IMG/VR virus record: IMGVR_UViG_3300030330_004701
Span: 64,001 to 128,000 of that record
Direction: 5' to 3' (one strand)
DNA from: a virus
Taxonomy: Duplodnaviria > Caudoviricetes
Length of the DNA stretch: 64,000 nt
Positions 1 to 9,528 of this stretch are shown here, in pieces. The position numbers and the translations under genes are program-made. The notes under the pieces are model-generated. The model had not been told where the DNA came from. It did no database searches and saw only the letters and a list, made by a program, of their open reading frames with translations. Position 1 is the first letter of the stretch; every line of letters starts with the position of its first letter.

Positions 1-705
1 TACTGGCTCAACCATTTCCCAAAGTCTATTCTCAACACCCCTAGTAAAGCTGGGGCACAAATACTTAACTCTAATAACACAGTATCCATTTTTAATCATG
101 ATACCGTTCTTAATTGCATCATGCTTGACATATTCTCGCAGATGCTTTTCACCAAATACGGGCATAAAATGTTGTGGCCCGTCTATTTCTATAATAGTAT
201 CAATATCAGGAAGATACAAGTCCATTTCATATTTTTCTCCACTTATCAAGCCTTTTTTATGTAGCTCAACAGTGTAGCCTATATTCTTTAGGTTTTGAAG
301 CAAACTTCTTTCTGCCTTAGATCCATCTCTAATTGTTTCCCTCAGAGCCTCACTGCCCTTTCTTTGTATCTCTTTTCTTTCAGATTCACTCAAGCTATCC
401 CAATGCTTCTTGGCTAGTGCGCTACGTCGATTTCTCTCTTGTTCAGACATTGCATCCCAATGCTTTTCTAGCGAGCTGCTGATCTTGTCTTTGGCTTCTT
501 CGCTTCTTTTCTTACCTTTTGTCGGATGTACAGCACTACCATTTTCAAGCGCCTGTTTCTGTGCTTGACTTTTAGTGCGTATTTCAACTCCGTTCGATAA
601 CAATATTCTTCTAATTTTATTAGGGTAAGTATTATATCTTTCGGCAATAGCTTTGGTGCTTAACTTTTCTTCTACGTAAAGCTCTATGATTTTACTGGCG
701 TCCAT
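1..705 (-). CDS. Putative homing/Vsr-DUF559-like endonuclease with N-terminal HTH and NUMOD3-like motif (3' end runs off the window)
   Basis: Not in the ORF track; read manually from ATG at 705: MDASKIIELYVEKKLSTKAIAERYN...KGKKRSEEAKDKIS (NUMOD3-like)...EMDLYLPDIDTIIEIDGPQH...D...GYCVIRV (DUF559/Vsr-like nuclease motif). Confidence 0.7.
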   Translation of the reverse strand, partial: MDASKIIELYVEEKLSTKAIAERYNTYPNKIRRILLSNGVEIRTKSQAQKQALENGSAVHPTKGKKRSEEAKDKISSSLEKHWDAMSEQERNRRSALAKKHWDSLSESERKEIQRKGSEALRETIRDGSKAERSLLQNLKNIGYTVELHKKGLISGEKYEMDLYLPDIDTIIEIDGPQHFMPVFGEKHLREYVKHDAIKNGIMIKNGYCVIRVKYLCPSFTRGVENRLWEMVEPV

Positions 706-1157
706 AGTATCTCCTCTAATTGCTGCATATTCCAATTATCTACAATACCAGAGACTTCTCTGTTTGCATATTTTTCAATCAAGTCTTTGTGATACTCGCT
801 TCTTGCGATTAACTTGATTTTTTCATCTCTCATTATAGACACAACATCTGTAAATTGCATGGGCTTTCTAAGCCACTCTAAGTCCCAGATATAGAAAAAC
901 TTATCAGAACTGTTTTCTGTTTTCAAGATTAAATTTGCTGTCTCTACACTAGTAGCAACTGTACACCCATAGTAGGTAGCGTAATGAGAAATGTTCATTG
1001 TTGCAAAATGTGGTTTCACTACTGGTGGAGATAGGCTGTTGTAAAAGCAGACAGGAGAATACTTAGTATGTTTAGCTAGGCTATTAAACTCTTTTATTAG
1101 ATAAAAGCTTAATTGTGTTGGGCCTAAATTATCAACAACTGCCGCAATTCTATTCAT
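684..1157 (-). CDS. Hypothetical protein, glycosyltransferase-associated
   Basis: 157 aa ORF coupled to its neighbours; FFYIWDLEW resembles GT-B N-terminal segments. Confidence 0.5.
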   Translation of the reverse strand: MNRIAAVVDNLGPTQLSFYLIKEFNSLAKHTKYSPVCFYNSLSPPVVKPHFATMNISHYATYYGCTVATSVETANLILKTENSSDKFFYIWDLEWLRKPMQFTDVVSIMRDEKIKLIARSEYHKDLIEKYANREVSGIVDNWNMQQLEEILWTPVKS

Positions 1158-1845
1158 CTTTTGCTGTGCTCCTAAACTTACCCTGACCGCATATGTAAGG
1201 GTATATATGGTATACTTTTAATTCTGTCTTGTAAAAGGCGTAGTTAAGCTGCCAGTCAATAGGAACACAAAATGTCTCCATGTAGGGCAGTATCTTACTT
1301 ACACTCCGCTTATTATAAATTATTGAGGAGGTTGTATTTGTGGCGGGGTGAGCAGCTAGTATATATCCTTTTTGCCTGTCACCATGTATTTCCAGAGGAG
1401 TTATAATCCCATGATCAAACGCACCACCTAATAATATAACATCCCAATCATTCGGCGCCCTACTAATTATATCATCTATTCGTGCAGATGGCTCACTAAA
1501 ATGGCAGTCATCTTCTAAAAATAATGCAAATTCTATGTCTTGTTTTAGAAAGTCTTTGAAGGCATGTAGATGTTTTAAATTAAGAGATATTGAAGGAAGT
1601 CTCATTTTCTCATAGGTGTATGGAGACAGTCCTGCAAAACCGTGAGGTTGCCTAGATATCTCGCAAACCTCTTTATGAAAATCTGGATCATCATTGTATC
1701 TAAGGAGATCTTCTTGTGTCAAATCCTCCCTATCAAATTCTGTGACCAATTGAAATTCATTGATTCCTGCAGACGATAACTGGTCGAGAATAAACCCTCT
1801 CCTTTCACAGAGAGGGCTATAGTGCATTATATAAGTTTTATACAT
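1150..1845 (-). CDS. Glycosyltransferase family 25-like
   Basis: ERR near the N-terminus, H..A...F, ALFLEDD, WDVILLG, PIDWQL motifs. Confidence 0.75.
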   Translation of the reverse strand: MYKTYIMHYSPLCERRGFILDQLSSAGINEFQLVTEFDREDLTQEDLLRYNDDPDFHKEVCEISRQPHGFAGLSPYTYEKMRLPSISLNLKHLHAFKDFLKQDIEFALFLEDDCHFSEPSARIDDIISRAPNDWDVILLGGAFDHGIITPLEIHGDRQKGYILAAHPATNTTSSIIYNKRSVSKILPYMETFCVPIDWQLNYAFYKTELKVYHIYPYICGQGKFRSTAKDE

Positions 1846-1846
1846 T

Positions 1847-2821
1847 TTATTTACTGTAGAAATCCTGCCAGTGTCTGACCATTTCTTCCATCATAGACTT
1901 GAATGTATATTCAGGCTCCCAGCCAAATGTTTCTCTGGTTTTTGTTGGATCGCCTTTAAGATATTTCAACTCTTCAGGGCGCATGAATCTAGGATCTTGT
2001 TCTACATAGTCTTTATAATCCATGTCCAAATACTCAAACACTACCTCGCATAGCTGACGAACTGAGTGAGTCTCTCCTGTAGCCACAACAAAGTCATCAG
2101 GAGTATCATGATTAATGATATCAATCATTGCTCTTGTGTAGTCTTTGGAGTGTCCCCAGTCTCTGTAGGAGTCCATGTTACCCAAGAATAATTTGTCTGT
2201 CATTCCTAAAGAAATTTGAACTGCAGTTTTAACTACTTTGTTTGTTACAAAATTAGAACCTCTTCTTGGCGATTCATGGTTGAACAAGATGCCATTAGAC
2301 GCATGTAACCCATAAGCATGTCTATAATGCCTAACCAAAGAGTATCCCATGAGCTTCGAGCAACCGTAAGGGCTAACTGGAGTCATTGGTGTTGTTTCTC
2401 TTTGGAATCCATCTTCATCGACACTATTGCCAAACATCTCAGACGAACTAGCCTGATAGAACCTTGCGCTTGGACAATAATTTTTGTATACTTCTAGTAG
2501 ATTGAGAACACCCTCTGCGTTAGTTTTAATGGTGAAGGATGGCACATCAGAACTAACTCTAACGTGACTCATTGCTCCTAAGTTAAAGATGTGAGTGGGA
2601 TTGCATTCCCTGACAATCCTCTCCAGCGAACACCAATCCATCAAGTCGCCATATCGTGTATTAACATGGTCTATGATGTGGTCTATTCGAGACTCTTGGT
2701 TCTCTGCAACAGATTGTCTACGAATAATTCCATAGACTTTATAATCTTGCTTTAAAAGGTGCTCTGCAAGATAGCTTCCATCTTGGCCAGAAATACCAGT
2801 TATTAGTGCTACTTTTCTCAT
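1847..2821 (-). CDS. gmd: GDP-mannose 4,6-dehydratase
   Basis: ALITGISGQDGSYLAE, FYQASSSEMFG, SPYGCSK, GILFNHESPRRG, RDWGH. Confidence 0.97.
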   Translation of the reverse strand: MRKVALITGISGQDGSYLAEHLLKQDYKVYGIIRRQSVAENQESRIDHIIDHVNTRYGDLMDWCSLERIVRECNPTHIFNLGAMSHVRVSSDVPSFTIKTNAEGVLNLLEVYKNYCPSARFYQASSSEMFGNSVDEDGFQRETTPMTPVSPYGCSKLMGYSLVRHYRHAYGLHASNGILFNHESPRRGSNFVTNKVVKTAVQISLGMTDKLFLGNMDSYRDWGHSKDYTRAMIDIINHDTPDDFVVATGETHSVRQLCEVVFEYLDMDYKDYVEQDPRFMRPEELKYLKGDPTKTRETFGWEPEYTFKSMMEEMVRHWQDFYSK

Positions 2822-3411
2822 TTAAAAATCTCCATGTTTCTCAGGTCAGGCCAGTCTTCAATAACCCATTGTCTGGGCGGTGTTTCTATTGCTTTGGGTA
2901 GTTTTTCTAATCCCAAAGTTGCAGTTTCTATGGTCATGTAATAATGATAACCTTCACAGCTTATGTTTTGTTCTCGCCAAGGGATGAGAGGCTCTCTGCC
3001 ATCATGAACCATCCTCTTCAATTGTTCTGCAGATTCTTGACTATCCGTAAGTATCATACCTCCTCGCCCCAAACTTAAATGCTTTTGGAACTGGAAGCTT
3101 AGACACATAAAGCTACCAGATATATAACTATCTTTTTTCCACAATACAGCAGCATCGTACACCTTTTGACCGGACTCTCCAACGCCTACTTGGTAGTAGT
3201 CCTGCCAGTTTTCTTCTCTCCAAACTAATGGTAGTGATAACTTCCTAGCTAGGAATGGTATCGACGGGTAAGTCCTGTGCGGAGATTCAACGCTTTTGGC
3301 GTTTACATGCCTCAAACATAGTTCTACGCCATGAGTGCAGCAATCTACGGCAACGCCATAAGGGGCGCCAAAGAATTCAGCCACTTTCTTCTCAAGTAAT
3401 TCTACAGCCAT
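2818..3411 (-). CDS. Short DegT/DnrJ/EryC1/StrS-family PLP-dependent aminotransferase-like protein
   Basis: LEKKVAEFFGAPYGVAVDCCT, YDAA, SFQFQKHLSLGRGG (PLP lysine), GYHYYM; only 197 aa. Confidence 0.75.
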   Translation of the reverse strand: MAVELLEKKVAEFFGAPYGVAVDCCTHGVELCLRHVNAKSVESPHRTYPSIPFLARKLSLPLVWREENWQDYYQVGVGESGQKVYDAAVLWKKDSYISGSFMCLSFQFQKHLSLGRGGMILTDSQESAEQLKRMVHDGREPLIPWREQNISCEGYHYYMTIETATLGLEKLPKAIETPPRQWVIEDWPDLRNMEIFK

Positions 3412-3413
3412 TC

Positions 3414-3968
3414 TTATTTTATTCCTTCTACATTCAAGCTGATCAATGTTCCATTGTCTTTGTCCATATGAGGTATATATGCCTGTGAATGGTCATCAAA
3501 TTCACTATGTTCAGTATCTCTCCAATCATAACGAGTGACATTTTGGATTCCTACAGATTCAAGAATGTTAGACAGTTCGTCAAAATCATATGTGGTTTTG
3601 TGGTAAATAGTCTGATCACCCATCTCCATCTTTCCATAGAGAGGTCCCAGAAAACTACTTAGCCCCACTTTCTTTATTGTGTTTTTATTCATTACATACA
3701 TGATAGCCATAGACTCAAAGTCTGGCACGGCTATTCTTAGCACTGCGCCTTTTTTTAGAACTCTAGTCCATTCACTTAAAATATCAACCACTTCTTCTCT
3801 GTCGAAATATTCTAAGACATGAGAAGCATATATCAAATCAACAGATTCATCTTCGTAAGGAAGTTTAGTTATATCATCGTACTGCAGATGTTCGTAGTCT
3901 CCACCATCAATATGTACCCAATCATCACCAAAGTTTCTCCACCCGCATCCTAAATGAAGCTTAATCAT
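3414..3968 (-). CDS. Class I SAM-dependent methyltransferase (Methyltransf_11-like)
   Basis: KLHLGCG, LPYEDESVDLIYASHVLE, RVLKKG..LRIAVPD; start moved to ATG 3968 (MIKLHLG). Confidence 0.85.
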   Translation of the reverse strand: MIKLHLGCGWRNFGDDWVHIDGGDYEHLQYDDITKLPYEDESVDLIYASHVLEYFDREEVVDILSEWTRVLKKGAVLRIAVPDFESMAIMYVMNKNTIKKVGLSSFLGPLYGKMEMGDQTIYHKTTYDFDELSNILESVGIQNVTRYDWRDTEHSEFDDHSQAYIPHMDKDNGTLISLNVEGIK

Positions 3969-4368
3969 GGAACACCACCTTGTCAGCATCTTTGCCAAAG
4001 TATGGGCCAGTTTTGAACTCATAGACTACAGTTCCATCTTCTAGACATTCATACTTATGACCACCCCAAAAACTAATAGTACAACCTCCAGCAGAAATTA
4101 CCGCTGGCTCATCCATTGGATTTTTGTTTTCATCATAATATGTAATCTTTATCTTGCCCTTCAGGACAACCCAAGCTTCCTGCGTAGTATCAGTAGTTCT
4201 CTCGCATGGGATGTGGACATGTGGATCAAACTGTTTACCATTATCCATGTTTATAACGGCACACTGTAGGTATTCTCCAGCATCCGTTGCATCAAATCTA
4301 CCTTCTTGATATTCATCAGCATTAAAGTAGCAGTGGTAAAGCTTGTCATCTTTGTATATTTTATGCAT
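3961..4368 (-). CDS. Cupin-fold protein (WbuC-like)
   Basis: PHVH...TQEAWVVLKG...GH.Y...VYEFKTGPY cupin motifs. Confidence 0.75.
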   Translation of the reverse strand: MHKIYKDDKLYHCYFNADEYQEGRFDATDAGEYLQCAVINMDNGKQFDPHVHIPCERTTDTTQEAWVVLKGKIKITYYDENKNPMDEPAVISAGGCTISFWGGHKYECLEDGTVVYEFKTGPYFGKDADKVVFHD

Positions 4369-4936
4369 TTAATAGTTCCTTATATAGTCTGATATCTTCT
4401 TGGTATAGATCTGCAACTATACTTGCAGTTTCATCTGTGTAGCAATCTCGAAAATGTTTATGGTTGCTTTTGTTAATAACGGGAACCTCTTCGAGTGTCT
4501 CGTCATATATAATGGAGTGTAGCTTTTTTGTCTCTTCTTCTAGATTCTCAAAGAGTCCTATATGGTCGAAGTATTCTCTCTTACCAATCCTGCGCATCAT
4601 TGGCATTACATGTTGTTGTTCTAGGTAGTGGTCTGGATTTTTATATGCTAATCTCAGCCATTCTTCAAAACTATTGTGCGTCATATCATATTTCAAAGCG
4701 TCTTCTGCATCTCCAGCGTGACACCCTCCAGCTTTGAGGTAATAAAAACAGCTAACAAGCCTATCAAAGGGGTTTCTAATAATAGTAAACGAATAGCCCT
4801 CTGGCTTAGACTCTACAAAGCCGTGACCAGATGTCAAACCAATATTACTATATAGGTGCTCCCACATTTTTCCACCAGTCTTAGGTATGTGTAGGAAAAA
4901 ATATTTATTATCGTTATGAATAAACTCTCCAGCCAT
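4361..4936 (-). CDS. Sulfotransferase family 2 (carbohydrate sulfotransferase)
   Basis: FLHIPKTGG (5'-PSB loop), IIRNPFDRLVS (3'-PB), H..P, YQEDI. Confidence 0.85.
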   Translation of the reverse strand: MAGEFIHNDNKYFFLHIPKTGGKMWEHLYSNIGLTSGHGFVESKPEGYSFTIIRNPFDRLVSCFYYLKAGGCHAGDAEDALKYDMTHNSFEEWLRLAYKNPDHYLEQQHVMPMMRRIGKREYFDHIGLFENLEEETKKLHSIIYDETLEEVPVINKSNHKHFRDCYTDETASIVADLYQEDIRLYKELLNA

Positions 4937-5463
4937 TATGGTATCCTTATGACAAATTGACTTCCATTAATCTCCACTCCTAGTCCAGTAGCTTCTGTGA
5001 ACTCTTTGACGGCTCTCTTGGGACCTCCATTGGAGTATGGGTCGTGTTCATCATTATCGCCATAATCGTCACCGCAAAGAAAGCCGCCAGACTTCATTGA
5101 CTTATAGTAGTGCCATAAATCTTCGAGTACATTTTCATAACTGTGATTTCCATCAATATAAACCCAGTCAAAGTAATCCTCTGGAAAATCAACATCTACG
5201 GAAAAGCTCCTATGGATTTCTGTATTCTGAAAGTGATCAAACATACTAATTACATCATCGTAGATTTTATCCATTTGCTCTTGTCCACAACAATAAATTC
5301 TAAGATCTTCAGGATTGTCTACGGGAAAGTCTTGATGTAACCAAGGGTCTATGAGGTGCAGTTTGGATGGCTGACGTTGTAGTATATAGTGAGAAAACTC
5401 TCCCTTCCATACTCCTACTTCAGCACAAACATCACCGGGTTTTATTAAATGTAAATTTCTCAT
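4936..5463 (-). CDS. Class I SAM-dependent methyltransferase (Methyltransf_24-like)
   Basis: AEVGVWKG, IDPW, FDWVYIDGNHSYE, GGFLCGDDY. Confidence 0.85.
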   Translation of the reverse strand: MRNLHLIKPGDVCAEVGVWKGEFSHYILQRQPSKLHLIDPWLHQDFPVDNPEDLRIYCCGQEQMDKIYDDVISMFDHFQNTEIHRSFSVDVDFPEDYFDWVYIDGNHSYENVLEDLWHYYKSMKSGGFLCGDDYGDNDEHDPYSNGGPKRAVKEFTEATGLGVEINGSQFVIRIP

Positions 5464-6356
5464 GCAAGTATCTTTCCTGTAAAAAAGTCTAATAATGATT
5501 CTGGTGTTGCGTGGTAGGGTACTTGCCCATCTGTAAAGACGGGCTGCTCCAAATAACTCAAGAGCTTTGATTCGTCAGATAACACTTCATGTATATAATT
5601 AACAGCCTCTTCATCAGACGAAAAATCGCTTATGTTAATAAATGCTTTTTTGTTGAAGTCTTCGCCTACGTTCTCTGGCCCCCAATATATTGGTAGGCAT
5701 CCTGCATAAAATGAGTGCAAGATTTTCTCACATACGTAACCCTGTCTATCATCGTTTTCAAAACATAAGTTTGACTTGAACTTAGAAATAAATTCTATCT
5801 TCTCTAGGTAGTCACTGTTGCCCGGCTTTTCAACCATTTCTGTTGTATTTCTTAGGAAGTCTCCACCATGAGTCACATCCATTTTTGAGGATATGTAAGG
5901 GTAAAAGTCTGCTCTCCTGCCAAGCGTTCCAGACGCTACTGAGCAACACAGTCTATCTCTATAAGATATCTGCCTATTAGATAGCTCGTCTATTGATATA
6001 TAGTATGTTGGCCCTCGATTAAGGTCATGCGCAGGAGCCCCATTCCAGTTTATCTGTGTAGACCAAAACGGAATCCTATAGTTTCTATCATCATCAAGAT
6101 TGCAACTGTTGAAAGAATAGTCACATTTACTATAGTCAGGTTCTCCTATTCTATTCATAGACTCTATAAACCAAGCTATAGTTATAGCCGTATCGTGTTT
6201 GGAATAAGTTTGCCCTTGATTTATAATAATATCTGGATTGTCATTTACAATCTCGACATTATACTTTTTACGCAAGGCAACGGTTATAATATTGTCGTTT
6301 ACGGGGAAGCCACCCCAAAAGTTATCAAATCGTATTCTTAGATTACTTGCAACCAC
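5460..6356 (-). CDS. Alpha-1,3/4-fucosyltransferase, GT10 family
   Basis: KIEFISKFKSNLCFEN...GYVCEKI...AGCLPIYWG matches the GT10 fucosyltransferase motif. Confidence 0.85.
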   Translation of the reverse strand: MVASNLRIRFDNFWGGFPVNDNIITVALRKKYNVEIVNDNPDIIINQGQTYSKHDTAITIAWFIESMNRIGEPDYSKCDYSFNSCNLDDDRNYRIPFWSTQINWNGAPAHDLNRGPTYYISIDELSNRQISYRDRLCCSVASGTLGRRADFYPYISSKMDVTHGGDFLRNTTEMVEKPGNSDYLEKIEFISKFKSNLCFENDDRQGYVCEKILHSFYAGCLPIYWGPENVGEDFNKKAFINISDFSSDEEAVNYIHEVLSDESKLLSYLEQPVFTDGQVPYHATPESLLDFFTGKILA

Positions 6357-7131
6357 AATCCTGTGTGTCCTTTATTAGATTTTCCCAATAGTCAAAAGAA
6401 AGCTTTTCCAAATTATACATAATACTAGTTGCGTCGTCTAGAAAATGCACAAGTTTTTGGTGGGTTACTTCTTCCCATTTGTCTACAAATAATATCGGCA
6501 GATCTGAAAGACATTTGTGTGTTAAGTGACTTTGTACAATTGGTATACAGCCCATATATAGCGCCTCCCATATCCTATGCGTATCTACACCATTACCTCG
6601 TGGGCAAAGACAGAAAGCGTACTTGGATAAGTTGGAAACATATTTATCAAACTGTGATCCATTAATTGACTGGAAAAAGTCTGCGTCAACCGCCTTTTTT
6701 TCGATAAGATTAACTAGGTCAGTTCTTGACTCATGCGTTACTGGATTAAATTGACCGAAAGCGCGGATCAATCTCTGTTCTTGTGCAGGGCAATTAAGTA
6801 TGATGTCTCTTTTGGTTGGATGCCACTGCGTATTTTCTAGTCCTATTGGTATAGGGAAAGTTCTACTAGATGCGGTGCATAGATTTTGAGCATACCAACA
6901 AATTAAGTTGGGAGGTAGAAATCTTTTGTTTAAATTTATTTCTGCATCCCCATTATGAGTTACCAGCCTGAATTTTTTATCGTTATTTTTTTCTATAAAA
7001 ACAAGCGCGCGCAAATAGTCATCTGACGCAGCATACATTGTAATCTCTTGTTTGTCCGGCATATCCTCTCCGAACTCAAAATCACAGATAGATCTAAACA
7101 TATCCCCATCAACAAACCTTACACTGCTCAT
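6343..7131 (-). CDS. Exostosin/GT47-like glycosyltransferase
   Basis: FCLCPRGNGVDTHRIWEALYMGCIPIV; start at ATG 7131 (MSSVRF). Confidence 0.7.
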   Translation of the reverse strand: MSSVRFVDGDMFRSICDFEFGEDMPDKQEITMYAASDDYLRALVFIEKNNDKKFRLVTHNGDAEINLNKRFLPPNLICWYAQNLCTASSRTFPIPIGLENTQWHPTKRDIILNCPAQEQRLIRAFGQFNPVTHESRTDLVNLIEKKAVDADFFQSINGSQFDKYVSNLSKYAFCLCPRGNGVDTHRIWEALYMGCIPIVQSHLTHKCLSDLPILFVDKWEEVTHQKLVHFLDDATSIMYNLEKLSFDYWENLIKDTQDCGCK

Positions 7132-7946
7132 TGTAATTTCTTCCTCATATAGTATGCAAGCCCTTCCGGTGAGCAGAAATATTTGTACCAAGATTTTCCA
7201 GCTTCAGAATAATACTCCATTTCTTCTGGGTTCTGCAAAATCATATCTATAACATCTGGAAGATTAGTCCAGTTATTATCTACAGTAATTGTAGGCGCTA
7301 CATTATACATGGGTATTACAGGCATCTGTTGTGATACTATAACACATCCTGCCATAGCAGCCTCAAAAAACCGAAAACTCTCGAAGCTAGCTGATCCATT
7401 CGGAACTAAAGCTATTTTTGTATTGCTCATTACACTAGCGTAATCTTGTATAGGGCCTCCATTATTCCAGCCGTTATACCAAAGGACTTTACTTGCATGG
7501 CTTTTGCCTTGAAGATTATCCACAGCATTTTTGAAGGCAACCCTTGTGTAAGGATCAAACTGCCCCATCCAACACCAATCATACGTTCTTTCGTGAACAT
7601 TCACAGGTTCAGGATTAAACCCTTCTAAGGAGCATAAAGGAAGTGGGGTTACTTTGCTTTCAAACTGATGTAAAATTGAAGTAGGATTCTTCATATCGGC
7701 CATCGGTACATACTGCTTGAATATATGCGCGTAAGAATTGTCGTTGACTTCTACTGGAACGTTGTGGCTCTCATCAGATGTAGAAATGAGAACTTTAGGA
7801 TACTTTGTATCTGAAGGTTTCTCACCATCCCATGTTTGGATTATAAACGAGTAGTCTTGTTCTAGTGTGTTACACAGGATTTCTGCTGCCTGCTGATAAA
7901 CATAAGTATCAGGTTTGTCTTGCGCTAAGTTAATGATTTCTGACAT
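7128..7946 (-). CDS. Exostosin/GT47-like glycosyltransferase
   Basis: TKIALVPNGSASFESFRFFEAAMAGCVIVS. Confidence 0.65.
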   Translation of the reverse strand: MSEIINLAQDKPDTYVYQQAAEILCNTLEQDYSFIIQTWDGEKPSDTKYPKVLISTSDESHNVPVEVNDNSYAHIFKQYVPMADMKNPTSILHQFESKVTPLPLCSLEGFNPEPVNVHERTYDWCWMGQFDPYTRVAFKNAVDNLQGKSHASKVLWYNGWNNGGPIQDYASVMSNTKIALVPNGSASFESFRFFEAAMAGCVIVSQQMPVIPMYNVAPTITVDNNWTNLPDVIDMILQNPEEMEYYSEAGKSWYKYFCSPEGLAYYMRKKLQ

Positions 7947-8806
7947 TATACAAATCTTTCTAAGTTTTTACTATGTACATGAAGATTGAATATTGGAAAG
8001 CGCTCGCCGTCCACTCTTATTACATAAGGGCGGTCAGTGAATTCTGCATTAATCTCTTCTGCAATCATCGCAGAACCAATTATATGTTTTTGATCAATAA
8101 ACCCTGAGCCATGACCATTATTTGTGCCTCCTAAATACTGACCATATGAACCCGGATCAAATATATAATTATGGTCTTCATGAAAGTTAGGGATTGTTGG
8201 TAGCGGGCAAAACATATTATTTACATGTGCTACGTGTAGCAATGACATTTCGCTAACATGGTCAAAACCGAAGTTCTGGATTAACCATTGCTCTCCCTTT
8301 TCTAGCAACTGATTAAAAAAGAGGCACATGTGCCTTGTGTGTTGTGGTGTAGGAATATGAGCAAAAGCGAAAGTCACCTGATCTACAGACATCGGAGTTA
8401 GGCTGAGTAGAGGGTGTGTAGGCACCTCTCTGAGGTCGCCATAAACTAGAACATCATTCTCAAAATGAAACGCATCATAAATACGCTCTCTATTAAGATA
8501 CTCATCCAAATAGTAAAGGCGTTCGCAGGTTCTATGCCAGAAGAGTTCTGGACTTGGGTACGAGGTGTTAGGAGTTCCGTGTCTACGGAAGTTACAGACC
8601 TTATTGAATTCTTTAAGTACGTCGCCATCAGACAGCTCGTCTTGAGGAATCCAGTTAACACCAAATTCTTCAAATATAGGTTGGTCATCTTTGCAGATAA
8701 AATCAAACTCGACATCTGGATTGGTCTGCTTTGCCTTTTGGATTGAAAATCTGACGTAATCTGGCAAAGCCCCACCATCAGATATAAAAGTATTTACTAT
8801 TTTCAT
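7946..8806 (-). CDS. Hypothetical GT-A-like glycan-modifying protein
   Basis: FHFENDVLVY, IFDPGSYGQYLGG, IFNLHVHSK; within the glycan cluster. Confidence 0.5.
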   Translation of the reverse strand: MKIVNTFISDGGALPDYVRFSIQKAKQTNPDVEFDFICKDDQPIFEEFGVNWIPQDELSDGDVLKEFNKVCNFRRHGTPNTSYPSPELFWHRTCERLYYLDEYLNRERIYDAFHFENDVLVYGDLREVPTHPLLSLTPMSVDQVTFAFAHIPTPQHTRHMCLFFNQLLEKGEQWLIQNFGFDHVSEMSLLHVAHVNNMFCPLPTIPNFHEDHNYIFDPGSYGQYLGGTNNGHGSGFIDQKHIIGSAMIAEEINAEFTDRPYVIRVDGERFPIFNLHVHSKNLERFV

Positions 8807-8808
8807 AT

Positions 8809-9528
8809 TTAAGTCCAAGTGTGAATTGTGAATAGGTCTACATTAGTAGCACCTTTATACATATTTATGTATGCTCTTATTTCGTCGTGCGACCACTGTT
8901 TATACTGTCCGTGAGTCCTCGTTTTTGTGTGCGTATGATTGTACATTCGGGGATGCGTTTTTGTTACATAATTTCCATACGTTTCAAACTCAGAGAATAA
9001 ATATTCTTCATTCACCAAAATTTCATTGAGGTCATTTACAAACGTCTTCAGGTCTGGTAGCATTTCTCGGCACACATTTTTATCAAACAGCATAAAGTCA
9101 TTTATGTAGGTATGATCAACCTGTCTGCCAAATCCAAAGTATATTTCCATTAGACTGAAATATGGTATATGATGTTGATCTCTATCGCTTATAAAAAAGT
9201 TTGGCTTACCTCCGGCAAAAACATCAATGGGGCGATTGAAAATTAGATCAGAATCTATGCACATGTAAAGATCGTTTCTAGTCACATCCTGAAAAGTCTT
9301 TATAAGTTGCTGGTAGATCCAGTTAGGCCTAGTGAATTCGACTTCACTTATGTCTAGGTCAATAACCTCTGAATCTGTCAAGCATATAAAATTATCCGAA
9401 ATTGCATGGTCAGGTGTAACCAAGAATATATCGTGAGGCATTGGGTTTAGCCACTTCATAGACTCAAGACAATACTCAATTTTAGTGTAGTCTTTTGGGT
9501 GCGATAATATAATAGCGTCGTATCTCAT
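8809..9528 (-). CDS. GT-A-fold putative glycosyltransferase (DUF6492-like)
   Basis: WIYQQLIK, CIDSD (DxD), FSEFETYG. Confidence 0.6.
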   Translation of the reverse strand: MRYDAIILSHPKDYTKIEYCLESMKWLNPMPHDIFLVTPDHAISDNFICLTDSEVIDLDISEVEFTRPNWIYQQLIKTFQDVTRNDLYMCIDSDLIFNRPIDVFAGGKPNFFISDRDQHHIPYFSLMEIYFGFGRQVDHTYINDFMLFDKNVCREMLPDLKTFVNDLNEILVNEEYLFSEFETYGNYVTKTHPRMYNHTHTKTRTHGQYKQWSHDEIRAYINMYKGATNVDLFTIHTWT

